A DNA stretch of 64,000 bases from Nanobdellota archaeon. Its GTDB lineage: Archaea; Nanobdellota; Nanobdellia; Woesearchaeales; UBA583. The position numbers and the translations under genes were made by a program. How positions within the stretch are numbered: position 1 is the first letter of the stretch; each line of letters starts with the position of its first letter. Under the pieces are notes generated by a model. That model was not told where the DNA came from. It did no database searches and was given only the letters and a program-made list of their open reading frames with translations. The DNA is taken from positions 11,680-75,679 of the forward strand of contig JAIUMM010000001.1 of NCBI GenBank assembly GCA_022565615.1, read 5' to 3'. Shown in pieces: positions 8,248 to 17,957 of this stretch.

Positions 8248-9471
8248 TCACCTCTTCTTCTTATGCTGAATTTTTCCTTCAATTCTCTTTAAAATTGATT
8301 TAGGTAAATTTTCTAATTGTGGAGTTTGTTTCATTTTATATTCAATTTTATACTCTTGCAGAACTTGTTTGAATTTTTCAACATCCTCTTTTGAAATGAA
8401 ATTAATGGTTGTTCCTTTATTTGTATGCCTTGTTGCTCTTCCTATTCTATGAACATATTTTGTATGATCTTGTGGGATAGAGTAATTAATAATATGTGAA
8501 ATCTGAGGAACATCAACTCCTCTAGAGAGTAAATCAGTTGCAATTAAAACATCAAATTTCATCTCTTTAAAATCATTAATAGATTTATTTCTTTCAAACT
8601 CACTTGTAGTTGAACTCACAGACCTATAATCAAATCCTAATTCCTTTACAACAGCTTCAACTTGTCTTATATGTTCTTTTCTATTTACAAATATAAGTAA
8701 AAGACCAAATTGGAGATTTTTAAGAGTATGATGAAGAAGTGAGAGTTTTAAATTACTCTCAATAATATAAATTAATTGAGAAATTTGTGATTTTTCAACT
8801 AATGAAGGGAGTTCAATTACTTTTGGATTATGTAAATATTCTTTTGCAATTTGACCCATTTCTTTAGTATATGTAGCTGAGAAGAGTAAATCTTGTCTTT
8901 GTTCTGGAAGTGATTCAATAATTTGTTCTAAACCTTCTAAGTGTTCTTTTGTAAGTAACATATCAGCTTCATCTAAGATTAAACTTACAATTTGAGTGAG
9001 TTCATCTGAATTTTCTTGCAGTTGTTGAGCTAAAATTTTAGGAGTTGTGACTAAACAAGTTGTATTTTGAGTAATTATATTAAAACTTTTTTCTTGAATA
9101 TTTTTTTTAAGTGTTGTGATTGAAAAAGTAGATTCATTTGGTATTATTTTTGTAATCATTGAATGAATTTGTTCAACTAATAGTGTATTTGGTGCTAAAA
9201 TAATATATTTTAATTTGAGATTAGAAGGATTTTGAGATTTTGAAATTTTAGGTGATTCTTCATGCTCAATTATCATCTTAATTCCATAAATGAGTGTTTT
9301 TCCACTTCCAGTTGGAGCTTGAATAAGTAAATCTTGTGTGCTTAGAGCATAATCAAATGCTTTGTGTTGAATTGGAGTTGGAGTTTTAAATCCATTTTCT
9401 TCAAGTTTTTCAACTAAAAGAGGATATTTATTAAATAATTGACTAAATGATTGTACTTTTTGAGATTTCAT
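8248..9471 (-). CDS. DEAD-box ATP-dependent RNA helicase
   Basis: Q motif region, motif I APTGSGKT, motif II DEAD, motif III SAT, motif VI HRIGRATR. Confidence 0.85.
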   Translation of the reverse strand: MKSQKVQSFSQLFNKYPLLVEKLEENGFKTPTPIQHKAFDYALSTQDLLIQAPTGSGKTLIYGIKMIIEHEESPKISKSQNPSNLKLKYIILAPNTLLVEQIHSMITKIIPNESTFSITTLKKNIQEKSFNIITQNTTCLVTTPKILAQQLQENSDELTQIVSLILDEADMLLTKEHLEGLEQIIESLPEQRQDLLFSATYTKEMGQIAKEYLHNPKVIELPSLVEKSQISQLIYIIESNLKLSLLHHTLKNLQFGLLLIFVNRKEHIRQVEAVVKELGFDYRSVSSTTSEFERNKSINDFKEMKFDVLIATDLLSRGVDVPQISHIINYSIPQDHTKYVHRIGRATRHTNKGTTINFISKEDVEKFKQVLQEYKIEYKMKQTPQLENLPKSILKRIEGKIQHKKKR

Positions 9472-9612
9472 AGTATATCAAATACTATTATACTTATAAA
9501 TATGGCTAAAATATTGTGTTATTGAGTATTCTTAGTAAAAATAATTTAAACATGTCACTTTAGAGTAACAAAAAACAATATCTTTATAAATAATGAAGTC
9601 TTAGATAAAGTA

Positions 9613-12600
9613 ATGAAAGCGTTAAAAACTCCAGAATTTGTAGACACTATTGAAGATAGAGCTCACAGAGCGTTTGATAAAGTGAAAAGAGATATTGAGT
9701 CACTTGAGCAAGAACAAGTAATTCAAAACAGAAGTATTAATGATTTAGGAGATTTATTATCTAAATTAGAGCAAAATTATGCAAATTTACTAACTTTATT
9801 AAAAGAAGTTCAAAAAGATGCTAAAAATAATGTAAAAGACCCAAGTGTTGAAAATCATAAATTTCAAAGAAAAATTGAAGAACTTGAACTTGAAATTAAA
9901 AATTTAAAACAAAATTTGGGAGGGGATGAAATTTCAATTGAATGGTTAAAAAGACATATTCATGATAATAAAAAAGAAATTTTACTTCAAGTGTCTAATT
10001 TACAAGAACAAGTAGATGCTCAAAAGTTAGAAGTTGCACGAGAAATTTTAGATCAATATAACGCTATTAGAGATGAATTTTTAGTAAAAGAAAAATTAGC
10101 AATTACTCAAATTAAAAATGAATTAATTGCACAAATTAGAAGAGATTTAAAAGAAGAGTTAAAAATTGATTTAAGAGATGAACTTAAAGTTGAGTTAAAA
10201 GATGAATTAAGAGCAGATTTAAAAGAAGAGCTTAAAATTGAATTTGTTCAAGTTGATGAATATACATACAAAATTAAAGAAATTGTTGCATATCTTAAAG
10301 AGAGTAAAAATTATATTAAAGAATATACTTCACCTCAATTTGCAGTTCTTGAAAAACAAATTGAATTATTAAAACAAGCTCTTAAAGATTCACAAGATTT
10401 TGAATCTCAAGAAAAATTACTTGATATTTTAGAAGGACTACAAGTTAAAGTTGAAGAATTAGAAGAACAATTACAATTAAAAGCACAAGATGAGGATTTA
10501 GCTGGAATTGAAGAAAAATTAAGTGAACTAGTTGAAGCAGTTGAGAATATTAAAAATGATTCACAAGAAGAATTTGAGTATGTAACTCCTCAAGAACTTG
10601 AAAGCACAACTCAAACATTAAAAGTTGAGTTTAATTCAAGAGTAGATTCTCTTCAATTACAAGTTGAAGATAATTCAGAGAAAATTCAAATTTTAGATTC
10701 ATTTTTAGAAGAAGAAGTGGAAGAAAAATTAATTCCACAAGTTGAAGAATTAGTGAATAAAACTCAAGATTTACAAACTCAAATTGAAAGTATTGAGATT
10801 CCTGAAATCCCTCAAATTCCTGAGCAAGTTGAAGCAGTAGATATCTCACCTCTTGAAGAAAATATTGAAATTTTAAAATCTAATTTAAAAGAATTAACTG
10901 ATGATGTTGTAATAATTAGAGAAGATTTAGATAATTTAGAAATTCCTCAAATTACTCCTGAAAATATTGATGCATTAAAACAAAGAGTTGAAGAAGTAGA
11001 AGAAGAGCTTGCAAGAATTGGAGCAATTGAAGAAATTGACCCAAGTGAGTTTGTAACTATTCCTCTTTTAGAAGAATCAATTCAAAATTCAGAAATTAAA
11101 GTTAAAGATGAATTAAGAGTTGAATTAAGAGATGAAATGAATGATGTTGCAACAGATATTGCAACAACAGTTGTTGATTCAAGAGTAACTCCTATTGAAG
11201 AAGAGATGAAAACACTTCAAGATGTAATTTCGCAAATCAAAGATGAAGTTGCAGAGTTAAAAGAAAAATTAGAGCAAGATTTAGAATCTATTGATTCACA
11301 AATTAAAGAATTAATTGAAGAAAAAGCTGATAAAGTAACTCTTGAGGAATTAAAAGAGAGTAGAGTTGAAGTGGTTTCATTTGAAGAAACTGTTGAGAAG
11401 ATTAGAGAAGAAATTTCATCAATTGAACTTACAGATGAAATTGATACAACAATATTTGCTCTTAAAGATGAAGTGGCTCTAAGAAGCGAGTTAGAAGAAT
11501 TACTTGAAAGAGTTGAGCAATTAGATAAAGATGTTGATGTAATTGATAGAGATGTTACAACTCTTGATGGTACAAAAGCTGATGTGAGTTTAGTTGATGA
11601 AATTCAAAACAAAGTTGAGAATTTACTTGAAGCTAAAAAAGAATTACAAGAACAAATTGAATCACTTGAAGAAGAGGTAAGAGCAATTGAGATACCTGAA
11701 ATTCCCGAAATTGAACAAAAAGAAGTTCAAGAAGTTGATTTATCACCATATGCTCTTCAATCATTAGTTGAGAAATCACTAAGTGAATTAGAAGAAGAAT
11801 TAGCAGGAAAGGTTGATGATGTATCTTTAAGAGTTGATGGAGTTGAGAGTAGAGTTATTGATTTAGAAGAAGCTGTTGAGAAACATGATGAAGAAATTGA
11901 AGTTCTTGATAGAGATTTAACAATTATTGATAAAAATAAACTTGAAGAAGTTGAAGTGAGTTCATTAGTTGAAGAAGCAGTTATTGAAATTAGACAAAGA
12001 ATTGAAGATACAATTGTTGAAATTAATGAAATTAGGGAGCAATTAACTTATCTTGATGAAGAAGTTAAAGCAATTGAGATTCCTCAAATGCCAGAGATTC
12101 CAGAGTCTATTGATACAAGCGAATTTGCTTCAAAAGAAGAAGTTGAAGAAGTATCTTCAAGAATTACAACTAGAGTTGATGGAGTTGAGAGTAGAGTTGT
12201 TGATGTAGAAGAATTAATTCAAAAACATGATGGAGAAATTGAAGTACTTGATAGAGATTTACAAGCATTAGATACACAAGTTCAAGCAATAGAGATTCCT
12301 GAAATTCAAGAAATGTCTGAGCCAGTTGAACTTCCAAATATGAATGACTATATGAGAAAGGATGAGTTTGATGTATCTGAGTTTGTAAAAGTTGAAGATC
12401 TAGAAGAGGATAGAAAAGAATTAAGAGATTTAGTTGATCAAGTAACTATTATTAATTCAATTGTTGAGCAACTTCAAGAAGATGTTAAGGCATTTGAAGG
12501 AGTTGAAGAAGTAGCAGAGCAAGTTTTAGAGATTAAAGATAAAATTCAAGAACTTGAAGAGTTGAAAGTTCAAATTGAAGATTTAAGAGAAGTTGTTGAG

Positions 12601-15198
12601 AAACATGATGAAGAAATTGAAGTTCTTGATAGAGATTTGTTAACTCTTGATATTAATAAGGCTAATAAAGAAGATATTGTAGAATTTAATAGCGAAGAAT
12701 TAGATAATAGTGTTTCTAAACTTCAAGAACAAGTTCAATCATTAGTTCAAAGAGTTGAAGAGATGGAACAAAATCCAGTAACTTCTGTTGTGCAAGAGAG
12801 TATTGTTGAGAGTGTTAAAGAGAGTACTCAAGAAATTCAGGAGAGAATTGAGACTATTGTGACACAAATTCAAGAGATTGAGCATATAAATTCAGGAGAC
12901 GAATTTTCAAAAGAAGAATTTGTTGAATTGGTTCAAAAAGTTCAAAGTGTTGAAGAAGAAGTTGAACAACTTAGAAACTCACTTGAAGAAATGGATAAAA
13001 TAATTGAAGAAAATCATTCTAAATTTGCTTTACTTGAAGACTTTAACACATTAAAAGAAGAAATTAATAATTTAGAGATCCCTCATATTAATGAAGAAGC
13101 ATTTGCTCAATCTTCAAGAGTTGAAGAATTATCAAGTTTAATTGATTCATTAGATGAACAATTAAAAGTTGTTAAATTAAATGTTGAAGATTTAGATTCA
13201 CGAAAAGTTGATTCAAGTGAAGTTGAAGATATTGATACAGATGAGTTTGTGAGTCAAGATCAAATTGAAGAAGTTCAAGCAAGTGTTTCAAATCTTGAGG
13301 AGTTACTTCAAAAATTAATTTCATCAGTTGATGATTTAGAAGAAAAAGTACAAAGTGAAGAAGAGGATGAAACTTCAAGTGTTGAACATGCATCTCTTGA
13401 AGAGTTTGAAAATTTACAAAATAATTTAAAATCATTTGAAGAAGAAATTACTTCAATTAAGGAGAGGTTAGAAGAATTTGATACTAATATTTCTCTTCTT
13501 GATGCAGATAAAGCTCAAAGAGTTGAGTTTGAAGAAAGATTTGAAGAAATTAAAGAGAAGTTTGAGAATTTAGAAGAGACAACTACACAAGTTACAACTC
13601 AAATTAAAGAGAGCGTAACTTCTATTGAAACTAATTATGATGAAGTAATTGAGGAATTACAGCAAAAAGTAACTTCTCTTGAAGAAGAAGTCAGAGCAAT
13701 TGAAATTCCTGATATGCCTAAACCTCAATTAGTTGATACAAGTGAGTTAGAAAATAAAGTAGAGGAGTTATCAACTTCTATTACAGAGTTAGAAGAGAAA
13801 TTATCTGAACTAGATTCACGTAAAGTTGATTCAAGTGAAGTTGAAGATATTGACACAGAAGAATTTGTAAATAGAGATGAGCTTCAAACAAGAATTGATG
13901 AATTAAAATCAAGTCTTGAACATGTAAGTACTCAATTAACTGAAGTAAAAGAAGAAATTAAAGAGGAGTACAAAGAAGAGATTAAAACAGAAGTTATTGA
14001 GATGAAGTCAGAAGTTACAACTCAAATTAAAGAGGAAGTAAGAGAAGAACTCTTTGAAGAATTACAATCAAGATTAACCTCTCTTGAAGAAGAAGTACGA
14101 GCAATTGAAATTCCTGATATGCCTGAACCTCAATTAGTTGATACAAGTGAGTTAGAAAATAAAGTTGAAGAATTATCAACTTCTATTACAGAGTTAGAAG
14201 AGAAATTAACTGAACTAGATTCACGTAAAGTTGATTCAAGTGAAGTTGAAGATATTGACACAGAAGAATTTGTAAATAGAGATGAGCTTCAAACAAGAAT
14301 TGATGAATTAAAAGTAAGTCTTGAACATGTAAGTACTCAATTAATTGAAGTAAAAGAAGAAGTAAAAGAGGAAATTTCTTCACAGATTAGAGAAGAAGTA
14401 AGGGAATTAATTGAAGAAGAAGTTCAAAGAGGAGTTAAAGAACTTGAAGATATTGCATTATTATATTCACAAATTGATACTCTAAGAGATGATGTTGAAT
14501 CTTTAAGAATTCAAATTGATGATTCACAAAGTGCAACTGAAAGTATTAAAGAATTAAAAGAGGAGATTACAAGAATTGAACAAAGAGTTGAGGAATCATT
14601 TGAAAGCATTGAAAATATTGAGCATGAAACTCAAACTACAACTCAGACTATTACACAAGAAGTAATTGAAACTGCAAGAGAAGATATTTCAAATGAAGTT
14701 GAGAAATTAAAAGACCAACTTGAAATGTATGTTTTACAAAGAGACTTTGAGGATAAAATTCAAGAACTTGATGAGTCTAAATTAAATGTTGAAGACTTTG
14801 AAGAGTATGTTAGATTTGAACTTGATGCAAGAGAAGTGTATGAGAAATCATATGTAGAATTACTTGCAAGATTCCATGAAATTAATCATACTAGTCAGAG
14901 TAAATCTGAATATCAAGAAGAGATGAAGAAGTGTAGAACTATTATCACTAAATTTATTGAAAGTGAAGAGAAGAGATTATCTAAATCTTATAGTTCAAAA
15001 TTCACTCAACCGTTCTTCAAAAGACTTAGAAGTTCAATTACAAGAGATGCGAATTACTTAAAAGATTCTTGGAGAAATTTACCAATTACTCAGGGAAGAG
15101 AAGTAGCTCAAAAGAGAAGTGAAAATATTAAAAAAGATGTAAAAGAGGATGTCGAGCAGGAGGATTTCTTCACCTGGTTTGCATTTAATCGAAAATAA
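9613..15198 (+). CDS. giant (1861 aa) hyper-acidic coiled-coil repeat protein; function unknown
   Basis: Continuous ORF with strong Glu/Lys heptad-like composition. It has repeated EEEVRAIEIP(E/D)(I/M)PE modules, three copies of VEKHDEEIEVLDRDL, and a roughly 290-nt near-identical internal duplication. There is no signal peptide or TM segment, and the C-terminal 150 aa are non-repetitive. Confidence 0.75.
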   Translation: MKALKTPEFVDTIEDRAHRAFDKVKRDIESLEQEQVIQNRSINDLGDLLSKLEQNYANLLTLLKEVQKDAKNNVKDPSVENHKFQRKIEELELEIKNLKQNLGGDEISIEWLKRHIHDNKKEILLQVSNLQEQVDAQKLEVAREILDQYNAIRDEFLVKEKLAITQIKNELIAQIRRDLKEELKIDLRDELKVELKDELRADLKEELKIEFVQVDEYTYKIKEIVAYLKESKNYIKEYTSPQFAVLEKQIELLKQALKDSQDFESQEKLLDILEGLQVKVEELEEQLQLKAQDEDLAGIEEKLSELVEAVENIKNDSQEEFEYVTPQELESTTQTLKVEFNSRVDSLQLQVEDNSEKIQILDSFLEEEVEEKLIPQVEELVNKTQDLQTQIESIEIPEIPQIPEQVEAVDISPLEENIEILKSNLKELTDDVVIIREDLDNLEIPQITPENIDALKQRVEEVEEELARIGAIEEIDPSEFVTIPLLEESIQNSEIKVKDELRVELRDEMNDVATDIATTVVDSRVTPIEEEMKTLQDVISQIKDEVAELKEKLEQDLESIDSQIKELIEEKADKVTLEELKESRVEVVSFEETVEKIREEISSIELTDEIDTTIFALKDEVALRSELEELLERVEQLDKDVDVIDRDVTTLDGTKADVSLVDEIQNKVENLLEAKKELQEQIESLEEEVRAIEIPEIPEIEQKEVQEVDLSPYALQSLVEKSLSELEEELAGKVDDVSLRVDGVESRVIDLEEAVEKHDEEIEVLDRDLTIIDKNKLEEVEVSSLVEEAVIEIRQRIEDTIVEINEIREQLTYLDEEVKAIEIPQMPEIPESIDTSEFASKEEVEEVSSRITTRVDGVESRVVDVEELIQKHDGEIEVLDRDLQALDTQVQAIEIPEIQEMSEPVELPNMNDYMRKDEFDVSEFVKVEDLEEDRKELRDLVDQVTIINSIVEQLQEDVKAFEGVEEVAEQVLEIKDKIQELEELKVQIEDLREVVEKHDEEIEVLDRDLLTLDINKANKEDIVEFNSEELDNSVSKLQEQVQSLVQRVEEMEQNPVTSVVQESIVESVKESTQEIQERIETIVTQIQEIEHINSGDEFSKEEFVELVQKVQSVEEEVEQLRNSLEEMDKIIEENHSKFALLEDFNTLKEEINNLEIPHINEEAFAQSSRVEELSSLIDSLDEQLKVVKLNVEDLDSRKVDSSEVEDIDTDEFVSQDQIEEVQASVSNLEELLQKLISSVDDLEEKVQSEEEDETSSVEHASLEEFENLQNNLKSFEEEITSIKERLEEFDTNISLLDADKAQRVEFEERFEEIKEKFENLEETTTQVTTQIKESVTSIETNYDEVIEELQQKVTSLEEEVRAIEIPDMPKPQLVDTSELENKVEELSTSITELEEKLSELDSRKVDSSEVEDIDTEEFVNRDELQTRIDELKSSLEHVSTQLTEVKEEIKEEYKEEIKTEVIEMKSEVTTQIKEEVREELFEELQSRLTSLEEEVRAIEIPDMPEPQLVDTSELENKVEELSTSITELEEKLTELDSRKVDSSEVEDIDTEEFVNRDELQTRIDELKVSLEHVSTQLIEVKEEVKEEISSQIREEVRELIEEEVQRGVKELEDIALLYSQIDTLRDDVESLRIQIDDSQSATESIKELKEEITRIEQRVEESFESIENIEHETQTTTQTITQEVIETAREDISNEVEKLKDQLEMYVLQRDFEDKIQELDESKLNVEDFEEYVRFELDAREVYEKSYVELLARFHEINHTSQSKSEYQEEMKKCRTIITKFIESEEKRLSKSYSSKFTQPFFKRLRSSITRDANYLKDSWRNLPITQGREVAQKRSENIKKDVKEDVEQEDFFTWFAFNRK
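13669..13958 (+). repeat. intragenic direct repeat, copy 1 (about 290 nt) inside the giant acidic protein gene
   Basis: Near-identical to 14074-14363. It encodes LTSLEEEVRAIEIPDMP.PQLVDTSELENKVEELSTSITELEEKL.ELDSRKVDSSEVEDIDTEEFVNRDELQTRIDELK. Confidence 0.7.
14074..14363 (+). repeat. intragenic direct repeat, copy 2
   Basis: See copy 1. Only a few substitutions differ (K->E, S->T, S->V). Confidence 0.7.
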
Positions 15199-15352
15199 AT
15201 AAGAGTTATTGCTCTAAGTTTGTTTTCAACAAATTTGAATATTTTTTATATTTATTTTTTTACTTTCCTATATTTTTTCTATTCTTCAAGTGAGATAACT
15301 ATTTTAATGATTATATATACTCTATGCTAGAAGAATAAAAAAATAAATTAAT

Positions 15353-16285
15353 TTATCCTTCTAAGAAGTTTTTTAATGTTGGTACTATTTGTTTCTTGCG
15401 AGAAAGAGCTCCTCCTAAATCTAAAAATCCATTCTCCAATAATGTAGAGGAGAATGCTTGTTGCACTTGAACACCAAACTCTTCATTAGAGCAAATTGAA
15501 TAATTTTTCTCATCTAAAATATCTACAACACTAAACATTACACCTGTTAAATTATCTCTTTCTTGAATTTGAGTAAGTGCTTCTTTAATTTCACTAAGTC
15601 TATTTATACCATATTGAGCATTTGTAGTCTCCATTACACCAATTCCATACATATTACCATTAAACTCAAACTCTTTATAATCAATTTGAATCATCTCAAT
15701 TGCTGTAATATCCCCTAAATCACTTTTAGCACTAAACATATCTAAACTAAATTTTTCAACATCTTCAATTTGAGCAATTTCATTTAACATTTCAACTAAT
15801 TCTCTATCTTCATGAGTTGTAGTAGGAGATCTAAAATATAAAGTATCTGAAACAATTCCTGCAATCATTAATGTTGCAAGTTCTTTTGAAATTTCAATTT
15901 GTTCCTCACTAAACATTTTAGCAACAATTGAACAAGTTGAACCAATAGGTTCAGCTCTAATGTATAAAGGAGCAGAAGTTTCTAAACTAAATTTATGATG
16001 ATCAACTATATAGTATAGTGAATATTGTTCAAGATTATCAATACTTTGAGCTTTTTCGTTATGGTCAACTAAAATAAGCTCACTCTTCTCCTCAAATGAA
16101 GTTACTAACTCAGGAATTATTGAAGAAGTATAATTCATTACAAATTGAGTTTCTTTATTTAACTCTCCAAGTCTATATGCTTGAGCATTATGTCCTTTTG
16201 CTTTCATAAATTCTTGCATAGCAATTGCTGAGCAAATTGCATCAGTATCAGGATTTTTATGTCCTATAATTTTATATGTTGTCAT
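15353..16285 (-). CDS. ppaC: manganese-dependent inorganic pyrophosphatase (family II, DHH-DHHA2)
   Basis: The N-terminus YKIIGHKNPDTDAICSAIAM closely matches family II PPases. DHN and DHH motifs are present. 310 aa. Confidence 0.85.
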   Translation of the reverse strand: MTTYKIIGHKNPDTDAICSAIAMQEFMKAKGHNAQAYRLGELNKETQFVMNYTSSIIPELVTSFEEKSELILVDHNEKAQSIDNLEQYSLYYIVDHHKFSLETSAPLYIRAEPIGSTCSIVAKMFSEEQIEISKELATLMIAGIVSDTLYFRSPTTTHEDRELVEMLNEIAQIEDVEKFSLDMFSAKSDLGDITAIEMIQIDYKEFEFNGNMYGIGVMETTNAQYGINRLSEIKEALTQIQERDNLTGVMFSVVDILDEKNYSICSNEEFGVQVQQAFSSTLLENGFLDLGGALSRKKQIVPTLKNFLEG

Positions 16286-16369
16286 AGAAAAAACTAAATT
16301 AAATTATTTTATAAAATTGAGTATTAATTATAAGTTCAAAATATATAATAGACAAACTTTAAACTTATC

Positions 16370-16481
16370 AAATTTATTTTACATTTTATTTATAATGCAG
16401 GAGTTTCACTCCTGCTGACCTGTGAGAAGAGATATTCACTCTGTTCAATCTCTTTGTAAAATTTATTTTACATTTTATTTA
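16370..16481 (+). promoter_or_regulatory. duplicated promoter-like 23-nt direct repeat (AAATTTATTTTACATTTTATTTA) flanking a 66-nt GC-richer element with two hairpins
   Basis: Repeats lie at 16370-16392 and 16459-16481. The second copy places a TATA-like TTTATTTA about 26 nt upstream of the thyA-like ATG. The insert 16393-16458 contains GCAGGAG-TTTCA-CTCCTGC and AAGAGAT-n14-ATCTCTT stem-loops. Confidence 0.4.
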
Positions 16482-16506
16482 AATACTTCTACAATATATT
16501 ATATCT

Positions 16507-17952
16507 ATGGAAGTTCAAGCAATATCTCCAAGTTGGCCTCATTATTATTCAAAGATGATTCATACAACAAATAAACAAAGTAATGTTGCAATTCTCACAC
16601 TATGGTCAAGAAAAGATATTTATATAAAATCAATTCCTTCTCATTTGTATAATTCAATTGGTCAATTATATTCAAGAGAAGAAGGAGTATCAACGTTAAT
16701 TAGAAATTTATGTCTAAATACATACATTACAGACTTAGTAATAGTAGGTGTTGATTTAAATCACTGTGCAGATGCTCTACTTGCATTATTTGAAAAAGGA
16801 GTAAATGAAAAAAATGAAATTCTATGTGAGTATTATTCTAAGTTAGATGATGAGATATCAAAAGATGCAATTCAAAGAATAAGAGAAAATGTAACACTTC
16901 ATGATTTTAGACATTTTAAAGATAAAGAAGAATTATCTAAACAAATAGAACTATTACAAAAAAAAGAAATTAAACCCTATTTTGAAATTGAAATGTTTAA
17001 AGAGGCTCAAATTAAAACACCTCAAACATTTCCAAGTTCAAAAACTAATTATTCAATTCATTCATTATATGTAAAAGATGCATGGATTCAAATCTTAAAA
17101 CATATCATGAAATTTGGTATTTTAAAAGACTCTCAATATGAAGAAAAACAACGTGAATTAATTACAATTACTTCAACAATTACTAAAGAAGACCCTAATG
17201 ATTTTAAACTTATAGAAGAATTTGGATTTACAAAAGAAGAATTAGATTCATACATTCCACAAGTAACTTCAATTAATGAAATTGAAGGATTAGAATATAC
17301 ATATGGACAGAGATTAATGAATCATAAGAAAATTAATCAAATTGATAATATTATTGAACAAATTAATGCAGAAGAATTTACTCGAAGAGCAGTTGCATTC
17401 ACATGGGATGTGACAAGAGATTACAATAGTCCAAAATGTCCTTGCCTAAATTTAGTTCAAGTATTAGTTCAAGACAATATACTTCATATGACATGTTATT
17501 TTAGAAGTAATGATATGTATGAAGCATGGCCAAGAAATACGTTTGCTCTTAGATACTTACAAAAAATGATTTGTGAAAAAACACATAAATCACTTGGAAA
17601 TTTAACAATCATTTCAAATAGTGCTCATATTTATGAACGTTCTTTTAGAAAAGTAGAAGCTATTCTTGAAAAAAAACAAAAGAAAGTGACTTGGGATCAA
17701 GATCCTAATGGAACTATTGCAATAAATAATATTGACAATAAAATTGTTGTAAAACATTTAGATACAAATGGTCAAAGATTAGAACAATTTGAAGGAACTA
17801 GTGCAATTGAATTATACAAATACATTGCAAATAGTTTGAAAATTTCAGATATCTCACATGCTATGGACATTGGATGTGAACTTCAAAAAGCACAAATAGC
17901 ACTTGAACAAAACATTGAATATATGCAAGACCAACCATTAAAATTTAATTAA
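16507..17952 (+). CDS. thyA: ThyA-family thymidylate synthase-like protein with a roughly 250-aa N-terminal extension of unknown function
   Basis: The C-terminal half carries ThyA motifs: YGQRLMNH, RRAVAFTWD, CPCLNLVQVLVQDNILHMTCYFRSNDMYEAWPRNTFAL (catalytic Cys region) and SNSAHIYE. The N-terminal domain has no match I can recognise. Confidence 0.65.
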   Translation: MEVQAISPSWPHYYSKMIHTTNKQSNVAILTLWSRKDIYIKSIPSHLYNSIGQLYSREEGVSTLIRNLCLNTYITDLVIVGVDLNHCADALLALFEKGVNEKNEILCEYYSKLDDEISKDAIQRIRENVTLHDFRHFKDKEELSKQIELLQKKEIKPYFEIEMFKEAQIKTPQTFPSSKTNYSIHSLYVKDAWIQILKHIMKFGILKDSQYEEKQRELITITSTITKEDPNDFKLIEEFGFTKEELDSYIPQVTSINEIEGLEYTYGQRLMNHKKINQIDNIIEQINAEEFTRRAVAFTWDVTRDYNSPKCPCLNLVQVLVQDNILHMTCYFRSNDMYEAWPRNTFALRYLQKMICEKTHKSLGNLTIISNSAHIYERSFRKVEAILEKKQKKVTWDQDPNGTIAINNIDNKIVVKHLDTNGQRLEQFEGTSAIELYKYIANSLKISDISHAMDIGCELQKAQIALEQNIEYMQDQPLKFN

Positions 17953-17957
17953 TTTTT

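Noticed and set aside
10631-14383. Minus-strand ORFs (10631..10849, 13172..13435, 14186..14383) inside the giant acidic protein gene
   Set aside because: They are antisense to a GAA/AAG-rich coding strand, which automatically yields open L/F/Q-rich frames on the opposite strand. They have no independent signals.
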